Of a DNA stretch of 64,000 bases, positions 38,182-50,986 are shown in pieces. The position numbers and the translations under genes are program-made. Each line of letters begins with the position of its first letter. The stretch's first letter is position 1. A model generated the notes under the pieces. It was not told the DNA's origin, did no database searches, and was given only the letters and a program-made list of their open reading frames with translations. Source of the stretch: Blasia pusilla (taxonomy: Eukaryota); NCBI GenBank assembly GCA_050084515.1, contig CM114271.1, forward strand, positions 38,564,001-38,628,000. The letters run 5' to 3'.

Positions 38182-41100
38182 TAGAGCATATCTTTAGATA
38201 TTTTAAGAAACTATATAAAATTTCCCACATTTATCCTAAATGATTGTCTTTTTTTTCATCTCACATTTCTCATACCAAAATTTTCCAAAAGATACAATAT
38301 ATGTATTATATAAATAAAGTATTGCAACATACTACAAAAATTATTTTCTATCCTACAAGATGAAATAAATGGAAGAGAATAGATGTATTTCAAAAATTTA
38401 GAATGAAGCTTAATATTACTTAAAACCTTTAATTCTGAGAAAATAATGAAGTATGAGTACGGTAATTTTTTTAAAAATTAGGCTTTTTGGATAAAAGCAA
38501 TGAGAAGATGTGTAATGAATCAAAGAAAACAAAACATAAAGCAAGAATCTTTCATGATTGCGAGTGCTACTAGTAGTATTAATAATCCAAAATAAAATAG
38601 CATCTTGTATGTTTCCCATGAGTTATAATATCAAACCCACTCCTGAAAAAATTTCAAGAAAGTTTGGCATATAAATATTAGGACATCAAAATCCCATTTT
38701 GGACTTTACTTCTATAGTCTTTGTCAAGATCCGCCATTATATTTAGAATTAACCCCAAAATAGGCACTTAGTTTTTAGACCATTATCTCACATATATGTG
38801 TATAGAGTAAAAAGAATTTACATGAATAGTATTGACTACTACTAAAGTCTTTACATCAAATAGAACAAAGTCTAATATTAATCTAAAGATATGAACAACA
38901 AACTATGATGATACAAGGTCATATTTAAGTACGAAATATCTTATACTATAGAAAAATAAAATCATTTGCAAGTGTGTATGGATTGAAATATATATTAATT
39001 TATAGAACCATTAAGTTATTTATAATAATTTATATTTTCATATATAATTGGATTATTTTTATTTAAGAATATATCTTGATGTACCCAAGTATATAGGGTA
39101 TTAAATTAAACATTTTTTATGACTGGAAATATATGTGACATAATTAAGAAAAAAATTATAAGATTTCTTATTTAAATGATTTTTATCAACTCTGATTGTA
39201 ATAAATTCTTTATGGAGATCCCAAAAATCAAATAGATGAGTACACATGAAATATCTTCATCAAACGCATCAACATAAAAAAAATATTAGCACATGGCTTT
39301 GATGGATTACAATAAATAATCAAAGATAAAGAACCTTAATCAAAGATAAGAATGAATCAAAAATATTATTACCATTAATTACACTCTAATGAAGCCTACA
39401 TTTGAAGGAAAAATGAACTTACTCATTTTTTGCAAATCATCTAGAAAACCCACTCCTAAAATTTATAATTACAAGTTTTCCTAATGCACATTATTATACA
39501 TAACTCTTAAGATATCTTAGAGAAGTTCCATCTACTAAACTTCTCTTTATTATATTATAAATTTCCCTTCTATGCAAATATTTGACCTTCTTCATGCAAT
39601 CATGTCAATGAGAGAATGTGGAATAGTCATCAAAGTATATGAATACATTTAAAATCCAGAAATATTGAAATCTAGCAGGACATGCATATGATCATGATGA
39701 TTGCAAAAGCATTTGTAATAATCTTCAAAGGAAATGAACAACTCCAATATAAATTAAAATAGGTGTAGAAGGTTTCTTTTTTTTAATTCTCATTTGCAAG
39801 ATAAAGAAAATGTATCATGATCATGAAGTTATAAGGAAACTTTTTAAAAATATCCAAACATTGTAAATTAATATGAAAGTTCTAATTTTTCACAACTCTT
39901 ATTCAAGGGGCCACTTTTAAGACTATGTATGCCACAAGTTTCTCTTTTGTCCAAAGTCTCATCTAGATTATACATGAACGTTTACATCTAGTGGCTATTA
40001 TCTTTCTACGAAACGATATTATATGGCATGTAAATGGAGGTTGGTATACATACTCCAACATCATACCAATTTTATACCACAATATTTTCACCGAAAATCT
40101 AAGGATTTTTAATAGTTTTGGATGTTTCATCAAAGATTGTTTTGTGATGCCTTTGTCACGACTGTTAGGATAGATCGGTGGGATCTAGCAAAGCATCTGC
40201 AAGAGTAGTGGAGGATAGGCCCAAGAGGTCGAGGATGACTTTTTGAGGCCCTAGGAAATCTAAGAGAGCAGGTTTCCCCTTCGTTTTGGCTCATTTGGAG
40301 CCATATAGAAAAACTTACTATTTCAGGTAAGTTTCCATGTTAGGGATAGTTGAATTTCCACTTTGGGAAGTGGCCCTTGACCCGCTACAGCAGGTCAAGA
40401 GCCAAGGAGGTGACCTACGAGCATAGGTTACCATTGAGAGGGTTTGGGAGAGGGAAGCGGGTATACCTCCAAGAGAGAGCTTGAGACCTCAATGTCTCTT
40501 TGTTCAACCTCTTGGCATAAGCCAACGGAGCTATGGTCCCTTGCTTTGTGAGTGTAACCCAAGCCTCTCATTAGGAGAGTGGGTTTGGTTTGACATGAGA
40601 AAGAGTGCACACCTTTGAGAGCTATGGTGTGAGATGGTGTAGAGAGAGATTGGATCTTACTTTACAAAGAGAGAATGAGAGAGCTCCATGGGGGAGCTCG
40701 CTGGTCACTCGTTGTTTTTGCACGCTGGAGACCGTGTTCCCCGTTCAGAGGCTCATGGGAGTGCTCACCGGAGCAAGGGTTTCTTTGATTGTTCTTTGCA
40801 TTTGTCGATTTTTGGTGTGGAAGAGTGGCCCGCAGAAGCGCTACCCAGTTTCTGATAGGGATTGATTATGGGAACGGGTTGCCCCATGTTGGCGTCTCGA
40901 AAGCACCATGTATCCAATTGATTTGTATTTCTACATGTTTTACATTTTCTTTGGAAGAAATCAGCCTGGAAGCGCTGCCAAATTTTATGTAGGAGAAAGA
41001 GATATTGGGCTTTACAACAGTCCCTGTCAATTTTTACTGGAATGTCAAATTATAAATATTTTTTGATGCTATTGCAGATCATAAAGCTATGCACATTGTG

Positions 41101-42328
41101 CAAGAAACAATGGGAAATTTGGAGTTGCGAGCAAAAAGTTATGGTTAATCTTGCAAAATTTCCATTGCTAGGCAATTTTAAGGATGAAATTGTTCAAACC
41201 CTAAACCAGTCGCCACGCCGGCGACGGCCGTCACCGTCATAGTCACCATCAATGGTCCGCCCTCAAAGGTCAACTATCACCGTCAATAGTCCACCGTCTG
41301 TTTTCCACCCTTTGGTTTCCATTGCCTCCATTACGGAGTGGAGGGTCTTCCACGACGTTCGTTAATTCTCTGACTTGCGTCGCCACCATGTACTTTGTTT
41401 TGCCCGGCACCATCATCGCAGTTTCATCATCAACCAATGATGGCAGATGACCTCCGGTTATGGTGTTTAAGTTTTGATTTCATGCTGGTATGTTGTGATT
41501 GGTAGCCGCTCGACGACGATCGAGTACCGTGCTGTGACGCCCGTAGCCGCGACGCGTCGCTGATTGCTGCGCCGTGCCGCTCGTGGCCGCACCGCAACGT
41601 CTCGATTGTGGAACTGATCCTTCACTAAGGAGCAGAGCGTGTGAATTTCTGATTGAGGAGGGTATGCCACCGAGTGCCGCACCCCATTCGCGAGTGCCGT
41701 GTTGTTTGTAGCCGTTCCGTGCTGCCATTGTCGCACCGGACCGCTCGACCTGCACCGCACATCGAGGAGGTTGAGCAGCGTCAGTACGAGAGGAGCAAGA
41801 CTTGCTGATTGGAGGCGTTATATTCACAACCGAGTTGGGGTCGAGATTTGCAGTTGCTGAGGAGCGACATCGACATGTGTTCAGGTTACCCATTCTGGTC
41901 CTTTACCCTCCACGCGTGAGGGATTCTGGGATTTGGGTAGTTTATTTGGGGATATTGGGTTGTGTGGATGCTGAGAGCATCATTCATGTATGTGGTTTAG
42001 GGGACATAGACCTGTGCGGGATGTCTAGAGTTGAGGGTAGGTTGTCGATGAGATGATAGCCTGGTCGATTTACCGCACCACGCCGCATGTTGTTGCACGT
42101 TACACGTTTCCGGGAGGGAGAGTGTAGATCCAGTGCCGCATGTTTGGGATGAGTGATTGAGGGATTACTCATAAGGTTGAGAGTGATCAGGTGAGAGGGT
42201 CACGAGGGTCATCACGACGTCCGTTTGGGTCTTTGAGAGGCGAGGTGGTGAATATGAGAGTAGCTCTAGAGGTTTTACACGGAGTGGCGCGAGGTTCCAA
42301 GGGTCTCCACGTGAGGGACCACCTCGAC

Positions 42329-43330
42329 TGTTGCGCCCCTACTCTCCTTGAACGTCAATCTTTAGTGTTGCGGAAGCGTGCGTTCAGTAGGTCACGAACT
42401 CATCGCCGATCTGCACCCAAACACGCACTCTCGTTAGTCGGGTTTGGCCAACCGGCGTTCCAACCCACCGAGTCCTAAACTCGGCGTCTCCTCAAGCTCA
42501 GCCTTCCTTAGTTCCTAGCTCCCAACACATGGCAAGTCCTTCAAGACTTGGAACAGACTTCTTGGTTAGTCCAGGGATCTGAAACGGCACTTGCACGCCT
42601 AGCGATCCCAACTGTTCAACGATCCTCGTGTGAGTTCCGAACCGAGACCCAAGTAATTGAGTCGCGGCGTGAAATCCAAGAGGGATGTCTAAAATCGCCT
42701 CAATGGACTTGGTGCAGGATTTCCAACCCAACGCCCAAACTCGCGTTCCGTTCCATGCCCTCGAGCCGCCCCGCGGCGCCCAAAGTGGGGTTTGGGTTCC
42801 AAGCACTCTCGGAGACCTTCCCCCTTACTAGTACTTCTGGGTTCACCAATAACCCCTCCCCTTTGGGAAAAGAGGTTCGGGCCCTTCATTGTGGCCCTCA
42901 ACCCGACTCCACTTACAGTCGTTTTCGGGTCGTATCTCGGCCGCTGCTTATGCGTTTGCAGCGATCTTTGGTGTGTTTGAACCGGCTCTTTATAAGCTTT
43001 CCAAATCACTCTTATTTGCTCCAAACGCATCTCAGCGCTAAAAGTTATGGCCATAAATACAGTTGGAAGCTCTCAAACGCAAGTGGCGTTCCAAATCCGG
43101 ATCTTTCCTTTGGCAACCCACTTCCTAGACTCGACTTCTTTCAAGTCTCATTCCGCGTTTGGTCCAGGTTTCTGAGTCGCGACCATCACATCTGAAACGC
43201 GACTTCTCGCTCGCGTCTCGTCTCTTGTCTCCTCTTTGAGACAACTCCAACGCAAGCAAACCATCTTAGCGTGAGCCCGCTAATGTTCGATATTCCGCTT
43301 GGCACTTGTTTGGTCATGAGGGTCGCGACA
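42329..43330 (-). repeat. Chromovirus 3' LTR
   Basis: Direct repeat of 48652-49645. The adjacent 43331-43344 reads aaaagaggggtgag on the minus strand (PPT). Confidence 0.95.
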
Positions 43331-44049
43331 CTCACCCCTCTTTTAGAGGTTGATGCCCTCATCAATGCAAACCTTTATTATGTCAAGTCTCCTGGGGAGC
43401 CTACCCCTTGACATTGAATTGCGTTCTGGTGGCTAACCGGCAATTCCTCTTAGTCTCTAGTTGTCGCTTTGCCCCACTTAGAATTATTAGCCTCTTATCT
43501 TCGATAAGCCTGGACTAGTTCCAAGGAACTAACCTATCAAATAAGCTAACTAAGTGTGCAACCTTAGACTCTTTCGACTCATTCTCATCAGTAAACATCA
43601 CACCTGCTTACCTGGTCCACAAATCGCACTACTATTGGGTCGCTCTTGTATTCGACTTAGGCGCGTCACTAAGTTTACTTATGTGGCCACAAGTAAGATC
43701 ACCCCAAGCCCCAAGACAGACTTCAGCTGCCCCGCCGACGCTAGGGCGAGCCCGAGTGTAATCCACCACAAGGTCCTGTTCTAGGTGCTTATCCACATAC
43801 GAGCTCTCACCTCAAATACTTTTGTCTGGCCCTCTTGTCGTACATTCTAAGTATATGATGAACGACTCATAGCCATGCACTACCACATACAAATTGCAAT
43901 CAACACGGTATCGAATCTCCAAATCCATACACTCCTTTATTGCAACACTAGCATATTCTAGTTACAACGGCCTTCGCCCAAGATTCCACCGATTACAATT
44001 CATGTCTCTAGCTTCTCCTCGTACTAACGATGTGCTTCGCTTGTGTTCG

Positions 44050-45340
44050 CTTGAAGTCACGCAACAATTCTTGCACGTGTTCCAAATCCGCCTCCCGCAA
44101 TCCAAGTCGCCTCCTTCACATGGTAGCCCTTCCATTTTACCAAGTATTCATACTTGTTGGCCCGACGCTCGAACGTAAGATGGTCTCCACCTCGAACTCC
44201 GGCTCCTCCTTTACGATGACCGGGTGCGGTCTCACCACTGCTCTCCGCTCGAAACGCCCATTATCTTGAAGGTATTTCTTCAACAATGACACATGAAAGG
44301 TCGGGTGAATCTTGAACTCGTCCGGCGACCTCAACGTATACACATCCTCAAACGGGTTTGCCACAATCACATACGGTCCAAAGATACTTGGCAGGCACCT
44401 TGCAGACAACTCTTTCGGAAGAGTGAGATTCTTCACACTCAACCACACTTGTTCTCCAACTTGAATCGCATTTGGCGCCGACTCTTGTTAGCATGCTTAA
44501 CGTACCTCATTTGAGCCTTTGCAAGACTTCGTCTCGCGCTCTCTTCTCGTTTTGCATCTCTACCAACAAACTTTTCGCCGCCGCTTGTCGTGTTCGTGCC
44601 AATGTAGTACCCTTCGAAAGGGCTAGATCAAGAGGCCTTTCGGCTCTCGTCCATTTGCCATGAGAAACGGAGATTTCCCCTGTTGCGAGAATGCTTGGTC
44701 GAGTTGTAGCAAAGATTCCGCCATGCTCACCACTGACCCAATCGCGTTGATCAAAGACCGACATAATTCCTCAATCGATTCACGATAGAGTTTACCTTTT
44801 CAGTCTGTCCATCCATATGTGGGTGGAAAGCGTCGATCAAACTCAGCTTGGTCTTAAACCTTCAACAAGTGCTTCCGAAAGCACCGTAAACTTTGATCCC
44901 GATCTGAAACAATGCTCCTCGGCAAACCATGAGCACGCCACCAACTATCGAGGAATAGTTGCGCTGTCGATACGCCGTTCGCGGAATCCACCGTCGGCAC
45001 GAATCTCGCCAACTTGCTAAACCGATCAACAATCACAAGTATAGCGTTGTATCCCGCAGATTCGAAGACTCGTGATGAAATCCATACTCACACTTTGCAA
45101 GGGTCCTTCGGGATCGGCAAGGGATGCAAGCAAGCCTTGTTTCTTATCATAAGAGACTCTATTCGCTAAGGTGTCACACATGTCTTCACATATTGAGCAA
45201 CATCCTCCTTCATGTTGGGCCAAAAGAACCGCCGACTGTAACAACTAGCGAGATTTCTCTCCTTTATGTCCCGCCAAGGGTCCGTCGTGACATTCGGCCT
45301 AACACCTTGGTTCGCATTCCGCCTTGCCCTACATAGATCC
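44050..45340 (-). pseudogene. Chromovirus integrase with GPY/F motif and chromodomain
   Basis: SVSMDFITSL, IVDRFSK, SIVSDRD, FGPYVIV, IHPTFHVSLLK and EFEVETIL. The minus strand of 44101-44160 reads YEYLVKWKGYHVKEATW. Confidence 0.9.
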
Positions 45341-45559
45341 TACTGTTTGAACCTTAGTAAACCGTGCCTCAAACTTATGTTGGCCACCTTCTCACCCTAC
45401 TTCAACTTCCTCAGGTATTCCCCGCTTGAGCATCCTTCATATATCCTTCACTTAATCCTTCTCTCCAGATCTGTTTCCTTAGGGAACATTGCTCTCAAGA
45501 CTGTGTCGTCGATGGCATGTGTTCCTCCTTGCGACTTTAACACATCTGGAATCACATTA

Positions 45560-48508
45560 TCTTTACCTGGCTTGTGGATCAACTCTACATCCATCGCTAA
45601 GGTATCATGCCACCGCAGATTGTTTCGGTGTCACTCGATCCTGGGTCTCAAAATACTTGAGTGATATATTATCGGTGAATATTCGAGTCCTATGGAGCCC
45701 TAGATAATGCCGCCACTTCCTCAAGCAATGTACCACCGCGAACAACTCTTTCTCATGAGTAGGCCATCTCCTTTCAGTGTCGCTAAGCTTCTTGCTCTCA
45801 TATGCCACCGGTCTCCTTCTTGCACCAACATTCTCGCAATCGCAAATCACTAGCATCGGTATGCACTTGAACGGTTTGTCAAACTCCGGCACTTTAACAT
45901 TGGTTCCTGCGATAGAATCTGCTTCACTCGGTTGAATGCCTCATTAACTTCCTGGGTCCAAGTCGTGTTGGCAAACTTTGCCGTCCAATCCGTGAGAGGT
46001 CTCACAATTCCCGAGAAGTTTTTCACATAAGTACGATAAAATTGCACCGCACCTATGAACCTCCTCATCCCTTTACAAAGTGGATGGGGTTCCCACTGGA
46101 AATCGCTTTACCTTTTCCATGTTTGACCGACGCCATCTGCATTGACCACGTGACCCAAGAATTTGATCTTACTCAAACCAAATTCGCTCTTCTCTACATT
46201 CGATACAAATTGATTTGCCCTTAGCTTAGACAAGACCGCTCTCACATGTCGAACATGCTCCTCTAGTGACTTTGAATAGATAAGTATATCATCGATATAG
46301 ATGATAACATACTCATCCATTTCCTTGTGAAAAATGGAGTTCATCAATGTGGTGAACATCGGAGGCGTTACATAGACCGAAAGGCATCACTACAAACTCA
46401 AAGGAACCAGATCTCGCCCCGCACGCAGTCTTCTCCACATCCGCCTCGGCAATCCGAACCTGGTAATATCCTCACTTCAAGTGAATCCTACTGAAATATC
46501 TCGCTGCGCCGCCTATCAAAGAGATCATCTATCCTTGAAGAGGATAATTGTTCGAACCGTCACTTTGTTCAAGTGCACGGTAATCAACACACCTCATCTT
46601 TCCATCCTTCTTCTTTACAAAGAGAACAGTGCTCCATAAGGTGACTTGCTAGTCCTAATGTAACCCTTTTCCAAGAGCTCACTTAACTACTTTTTCAACT
46701 CAAGAAGTTCCTCCCTGATTCAACCTATATGGTGCTTTTGAAGGCGGTTGGGAACCGGTATGATCTCTATCTTATGATCTACGGCTCTATGCGGCGGCAA
46801 TTCAGTCGGAAGCTCATTTGTCAAGACATCCTCAAACTCCTGGACCACTTCCTAGAGTGGTTCTGGGATTCCCCTTGAGGCAACGTCCTGATCTCTGAGT
46901 ATACTGCTTGTAGCCTCCTCCACTTGTCTCATCAAGCAGAGAAATCCATCCTCCAACTCAGTCATGCTCCTCCTTGTGATAGAGTTCACCAACTCCATCT
47001 TCGCTGGAACCTCACGGACCAACCGCACTCAGAATCGTTTTCCTTTTAGCAAGACGCTCAACCTCAATGGTCGGCGTCTTAACTCCACCTCATACGCATC
47101 TAGGAATGTATTCCCCAAAACTCCGTCAATGCCGTCCATTTTGCATACAGTGAAATTCTCCTTCAACTCGAATACCCCGCATCCTACTGTCAAACCCAAG
47201 ACCAAATCAGAAGTCCGATGAGACTTGCCTCTTGCAAATCCCACTCGAATGGGCTCGTCCGCCTTAGAGGTAGACAGCCCTAGTTCCTTCACGATTCTCG
47301 GGCTTAGGAAGGAGTGCGAAGCACCTGTATCCACGAGCAACAACACATCGCGATCAGAAATCTTGGATCTTAGGTACACCAAATTGTGCGTCCTCTTGGT
47401 GACTTGAAGGGACGTCTCCATATCGCCCGCCAACAGATGCTTAGCAAAGAAAACGCAATCATACTCCCATTACTAACCTTCGGTTTTGAACACCCTTTCG
47501 ACAGTGTGCCCGGTTCGCCACAGCTTGTAGCATACGACCTTGCCGTTCCTCGTCTTCGAGTGTTGTCCTCCTTTCGGCCGCATGAAGTTCCACTCATTTT
47601 TGCCGGGCGCACGACTCTCCTGGTTCGTGGCCGCCCCCACTCCAGCCTCTTTTGAACGCCTCCTTATTTTTCGACTTCTTCAAAAAACTTTTGACTCGAA
47701 GGGTTTCGGTTTGGACCTCATCGTCCCCTAATCCGCTCCGCTAGCTTCGTAAGGTCCGCGTGTCTCCTGGCAACGTCGGCATTCGTAAAGGGCCTTCTCG
47801 CGCTCGGCTTGAGTCCACTAATGAAGATAGCCTTCTCCGTGTGCTCATCCATCTTCGGACTAGAAGTCGGGCCAGACTAAACTCCCTCACATACGCGCTT
47901 AAGGAACCACTCACAAGATCAGACGCATTCCACTGTGTCACGCAACCCTAGGTACTCCGGAGTGAACCGATCCCCAATCAACTCCTTGAACTCCTCCCAA
48001 CTCAGAGGTGACTCACCGAGATATTCCTCTCGTTGAGCGGTCCACCATTGTAGAGCATGATCCTTCAGAAAGTAACGGCTACCGTCACCTTGTCCTCGCG
48101 CAGCCCTTCTCGCGCTCTGGCATGGGATTCAGCCGTAAGGAAATCCTTCACTTTCGCGAGCGCCCACTCCAATAAATGGCGTGGCGGTTTTGTCTTGCAG
48201 AGCTTTTTGCCCGCACTCGGGTTTCGAGTGGCCTCTAACTCGGCAATCCGCTTGCTTTGTTGGGACATCTGCTCCACCAACACCTTCAACAAGTCCAACG
48301 TCTGGCTTGACTCCGTCCTTTCCCCTGAGTTTTGGCCCATTGGCCCCGCGGAAGGAGTCGCCACTGGGACGTCCTCACGACTGGCGTTCAGCTCTTCGGG
48401 AGTCTCCGACTCCTCTATAGCTTCACGGTCCGGCATTGGTTCCTCTCTCGGTTCACGTCGCTTGATTCGGCGCTTCTTGGGTTGTTCTCCCTCGATCGCC
48501 ATCTCCAA
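45560..48508 (-). pseudogene. Chromovirus gag-protease-RT-RNaseH (many 1-nt frameshifts)
   Basis: ORFs 48065..48508, 47029..47433 (VDTGASHSF), 46108..46359 (YIDDILIYS), 45850..46068 and 45605..45892 (PVAYESKKL, EKELFAVVH, FTDN). Confidence 0.9.
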
Positions 48509-48637
48509 GCCAACTCACTCTGATCTCCTCCTCGTTTCTTGCGTCCCTCCTCGAGCGTCCGAGTCTAGCCGCTACCTTGAAATTTCCCAAGCGTCCGGCT
48601 GATCCCACGACCCCAAGTTCTCGCTCACCAAGGATAA

Positions 48638-48649
48638 GCTCTAATACCA
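48638..48649 (-). other. Primer binding site (tRNA-iMet type)
   Basis: The minus strand reads tggtattagagc, 2 nt after the 5' LTR end. This is one mismatch to the canonical TGGTATCAGAGC. Confidence 0.88.
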
Positions 48650-48651
48650 CT

Positions 48652-49645
48652 TGTCGCGCCCCTACTCTCCTTGAACGTCAATCTTTAGTGTTGCGGAAGC
48701 GTGCGTTGATGAGGGTCATTTAACTCATCGCCGATCTGCACCCAAACACGCACTCGTTAGTCGGGTTTGGCCAACCGGCGTTCCAACCCACCGAGTCCTA
48801 AACTCGGCGTCTCCTCAAGCTCAGCCTTCCTTAGTTCCTAGCTCTAACACATGGCAAGTCCTTCAAGACTTGGAACAGACTTCTGGTTAGTCCAGGGATC
48901 TCAAACGGCACTTGCACGCCTAGCGATCCCAACTGCTCAACGGTCCTCGTGTGAGTTCGAACCAAGACCCAAGTAATTGAGTCGGCGTGAAATCCAAGAG
49001 GGATGTCTAAAATCGCCTCAATGGACTTGGTGCAGATTTCCAACCCAACGCCCAAACTCGCTGTTCCGTTCCATGCCCTTGAGCGCCCATGGCGCCCAAA
49101 GTAGGGTTTGGGTTCCAACCACTCTCGGAGACCTTCCCCTTACTAGTACTTCTGGGGTTCTCCAATAACCCCTCCCCTTTGGGAAAAGAGGTTCGGGCCC
49201 TTCATTGTGGCCCTCAACCCGACTCCACTTACAGTCGTTTTCGGGTTGTATCTCGGCCGCTGCTTATGCGTTTGCAGCGATCTTTGGTATGTTTGAACCG
49301 GCTCTTTATAAGCTTTCCAAATCACTCTTATTTGCTCCAAACGCATCTTGGCGCTAAAAGTTATGGCCATAAATACAGTTGGAAGCTCTCAAACGCAAGT
49401 GGCGTTCCAAATCCGGATCTTTCCTTTGGCAACCCACTTCCTAGACTCGACTTCTTTCAAGTCTCATTCCGCGTTTGGTCCAGGTTTCTGAGTCGCGACC
49501 ATCACATCTGAAATGCGACTTCTTGCTCGCGTCTCGTCTCTTGTCTCCTCTTTGAGACAACTCCAACGCGCAAACCATCTTAGCGTAAGCCCGCTAATGT
49601 TCCGATGTTCCGCTTGGCACTTGTTTGGTCATGAGGGTCGCGACA
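48652..49645 (-). repeat. Chromovirus 5' LTR
   Basis: tgtcgcgcccctactc...gagggtcgcgaca, adjacent to the PBS. Confidence 0.95.
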
Positions 49646-50986
49646 TCGACTTCCTTCTGTGTCATCGTTAGACAAGGGTGAGGGTGTAGAGGAGATGTGA
49701 GCACATCGCCACACATTGTGAGTGGTCCTCCCAGTTGGGCGTACCAGATGGACGACCGGGTAGAGGACCGTGTAGGTTTTCAGGTGCAGTAGGCATGATT
49801 GAGTTGCACGATTTCATTAGCAGAGTTTAGGAGTTGGTGAGACTCCCAGCAGGCCACAAACTCTAGAGAGTTCAACCCATTTACAACATGGAATGGTATG
49901 TTCTAGCATTTAGAGGGGGCGTCCATGGATGATTACCATGAGTTCTCCCATAGATATGCCCACGAGATTGAGGCATGGTGACTCTACTATGACCTACACT
50001 ATATGTCATGGACGGAGCCGTTCCCAGATGAGGAGGAGGAGTCAAGAGAGGCTTCTTCCTCTTCCACAAGTGATGTTTTAGGAGGGTTCTCTCGCATTGG
50101 AGCAGTTGCACCATCTAGTTGGGTTCGTCCTAGGTTCAACCCCGTGGTTGAGTTCTTCGCTGAGTTGAGGGCCAGCTACCAAGGGGTACGGACAGAGAAG
50201 TTGCGAAGAATCCATGATTTCCAGAGGCGCCTGGGTGGGAGTTAACGTGAGGTTTACACTTGCTTGCATCGGTTGATCAACATCACTCAGGGGGTGACGG
50301 AGGCTCGGGCTATCCAGTCATGATACGCGATGTTGGACCGGACCCTACGGACACGGGTGCGGTAGGGGATGCTTCTTATGAATACCTCTCCTACGTTGAG
50401 AGATGTTTTTAGGACGGCCGAGAACATTGAGTGCAATATGGCGGAGGAGAGCGAAGCCACCATGGGTTTTGGGCGAGAGCAGTCACGATTGGCTGCATCA
50501 CATGTGCAGCAACGTGGACTCCAAGATAGGTCGATTGCGGCACCACGAGCTCAGGGAGGATACCGGGAGGCTGTGCCACAGAGACCTGCGCCTTCAAATG
50601 CGGTTCAACAGCAGCTGCCTACTATTACTTGTTGGTCATGTGGTGGAGCCCATCATCAGCACGATTGCACTCGTTCGGGTCACGGATGTGTGCCTCAGCA
50701 TGGAGGAGGAGATGGTGCTGCACCAGGAGGTTATCAGTATGACTATTGTCTGAGGTATGGTCATACGATATACCGAGGGGGCCTTGGTGTTCAACAGACA
50801 AAGGTAGAGGCTATCTCACGCATTCCATGCCCCATAGATGTGAGCCGTGTTTGCGCATTCAGAGGATTTACGAACTTCTATCGACGGTACGTCAAGGGAT
50901 TCAGTTCGATTGCGAAGCCGCTAATCTTGTTGACCAAGGTGGACTACGAGTGGCACTGGGGGGATGAGCAAGAGCGAGCATTTTAG

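Larger units (their letters stand above)
42329..49645 (-). mobile_element. Full-length Ty3/gypsy chromovirus (Tcn1-like), 5-bp TSD TCGAC
   Basis: Near-identical TG...CA LTRs at 42329-43330 and 48652-49645. tcgac lies at 42324-42328 and 49646-49650. Contains gag, protease (LLLVDTGASHSF), RT (YIDDILIYS), RH, IN and chromodomain. Confidence 0.97.

Noticed and set aside
42548-43195. 215-aa ORF (and the 140-aa counterpart at 49089..49511) as genes
   Set aside because: These lie wholly within the LTRs, antisense to the element, and the frame is not preserved between the two LTRs.
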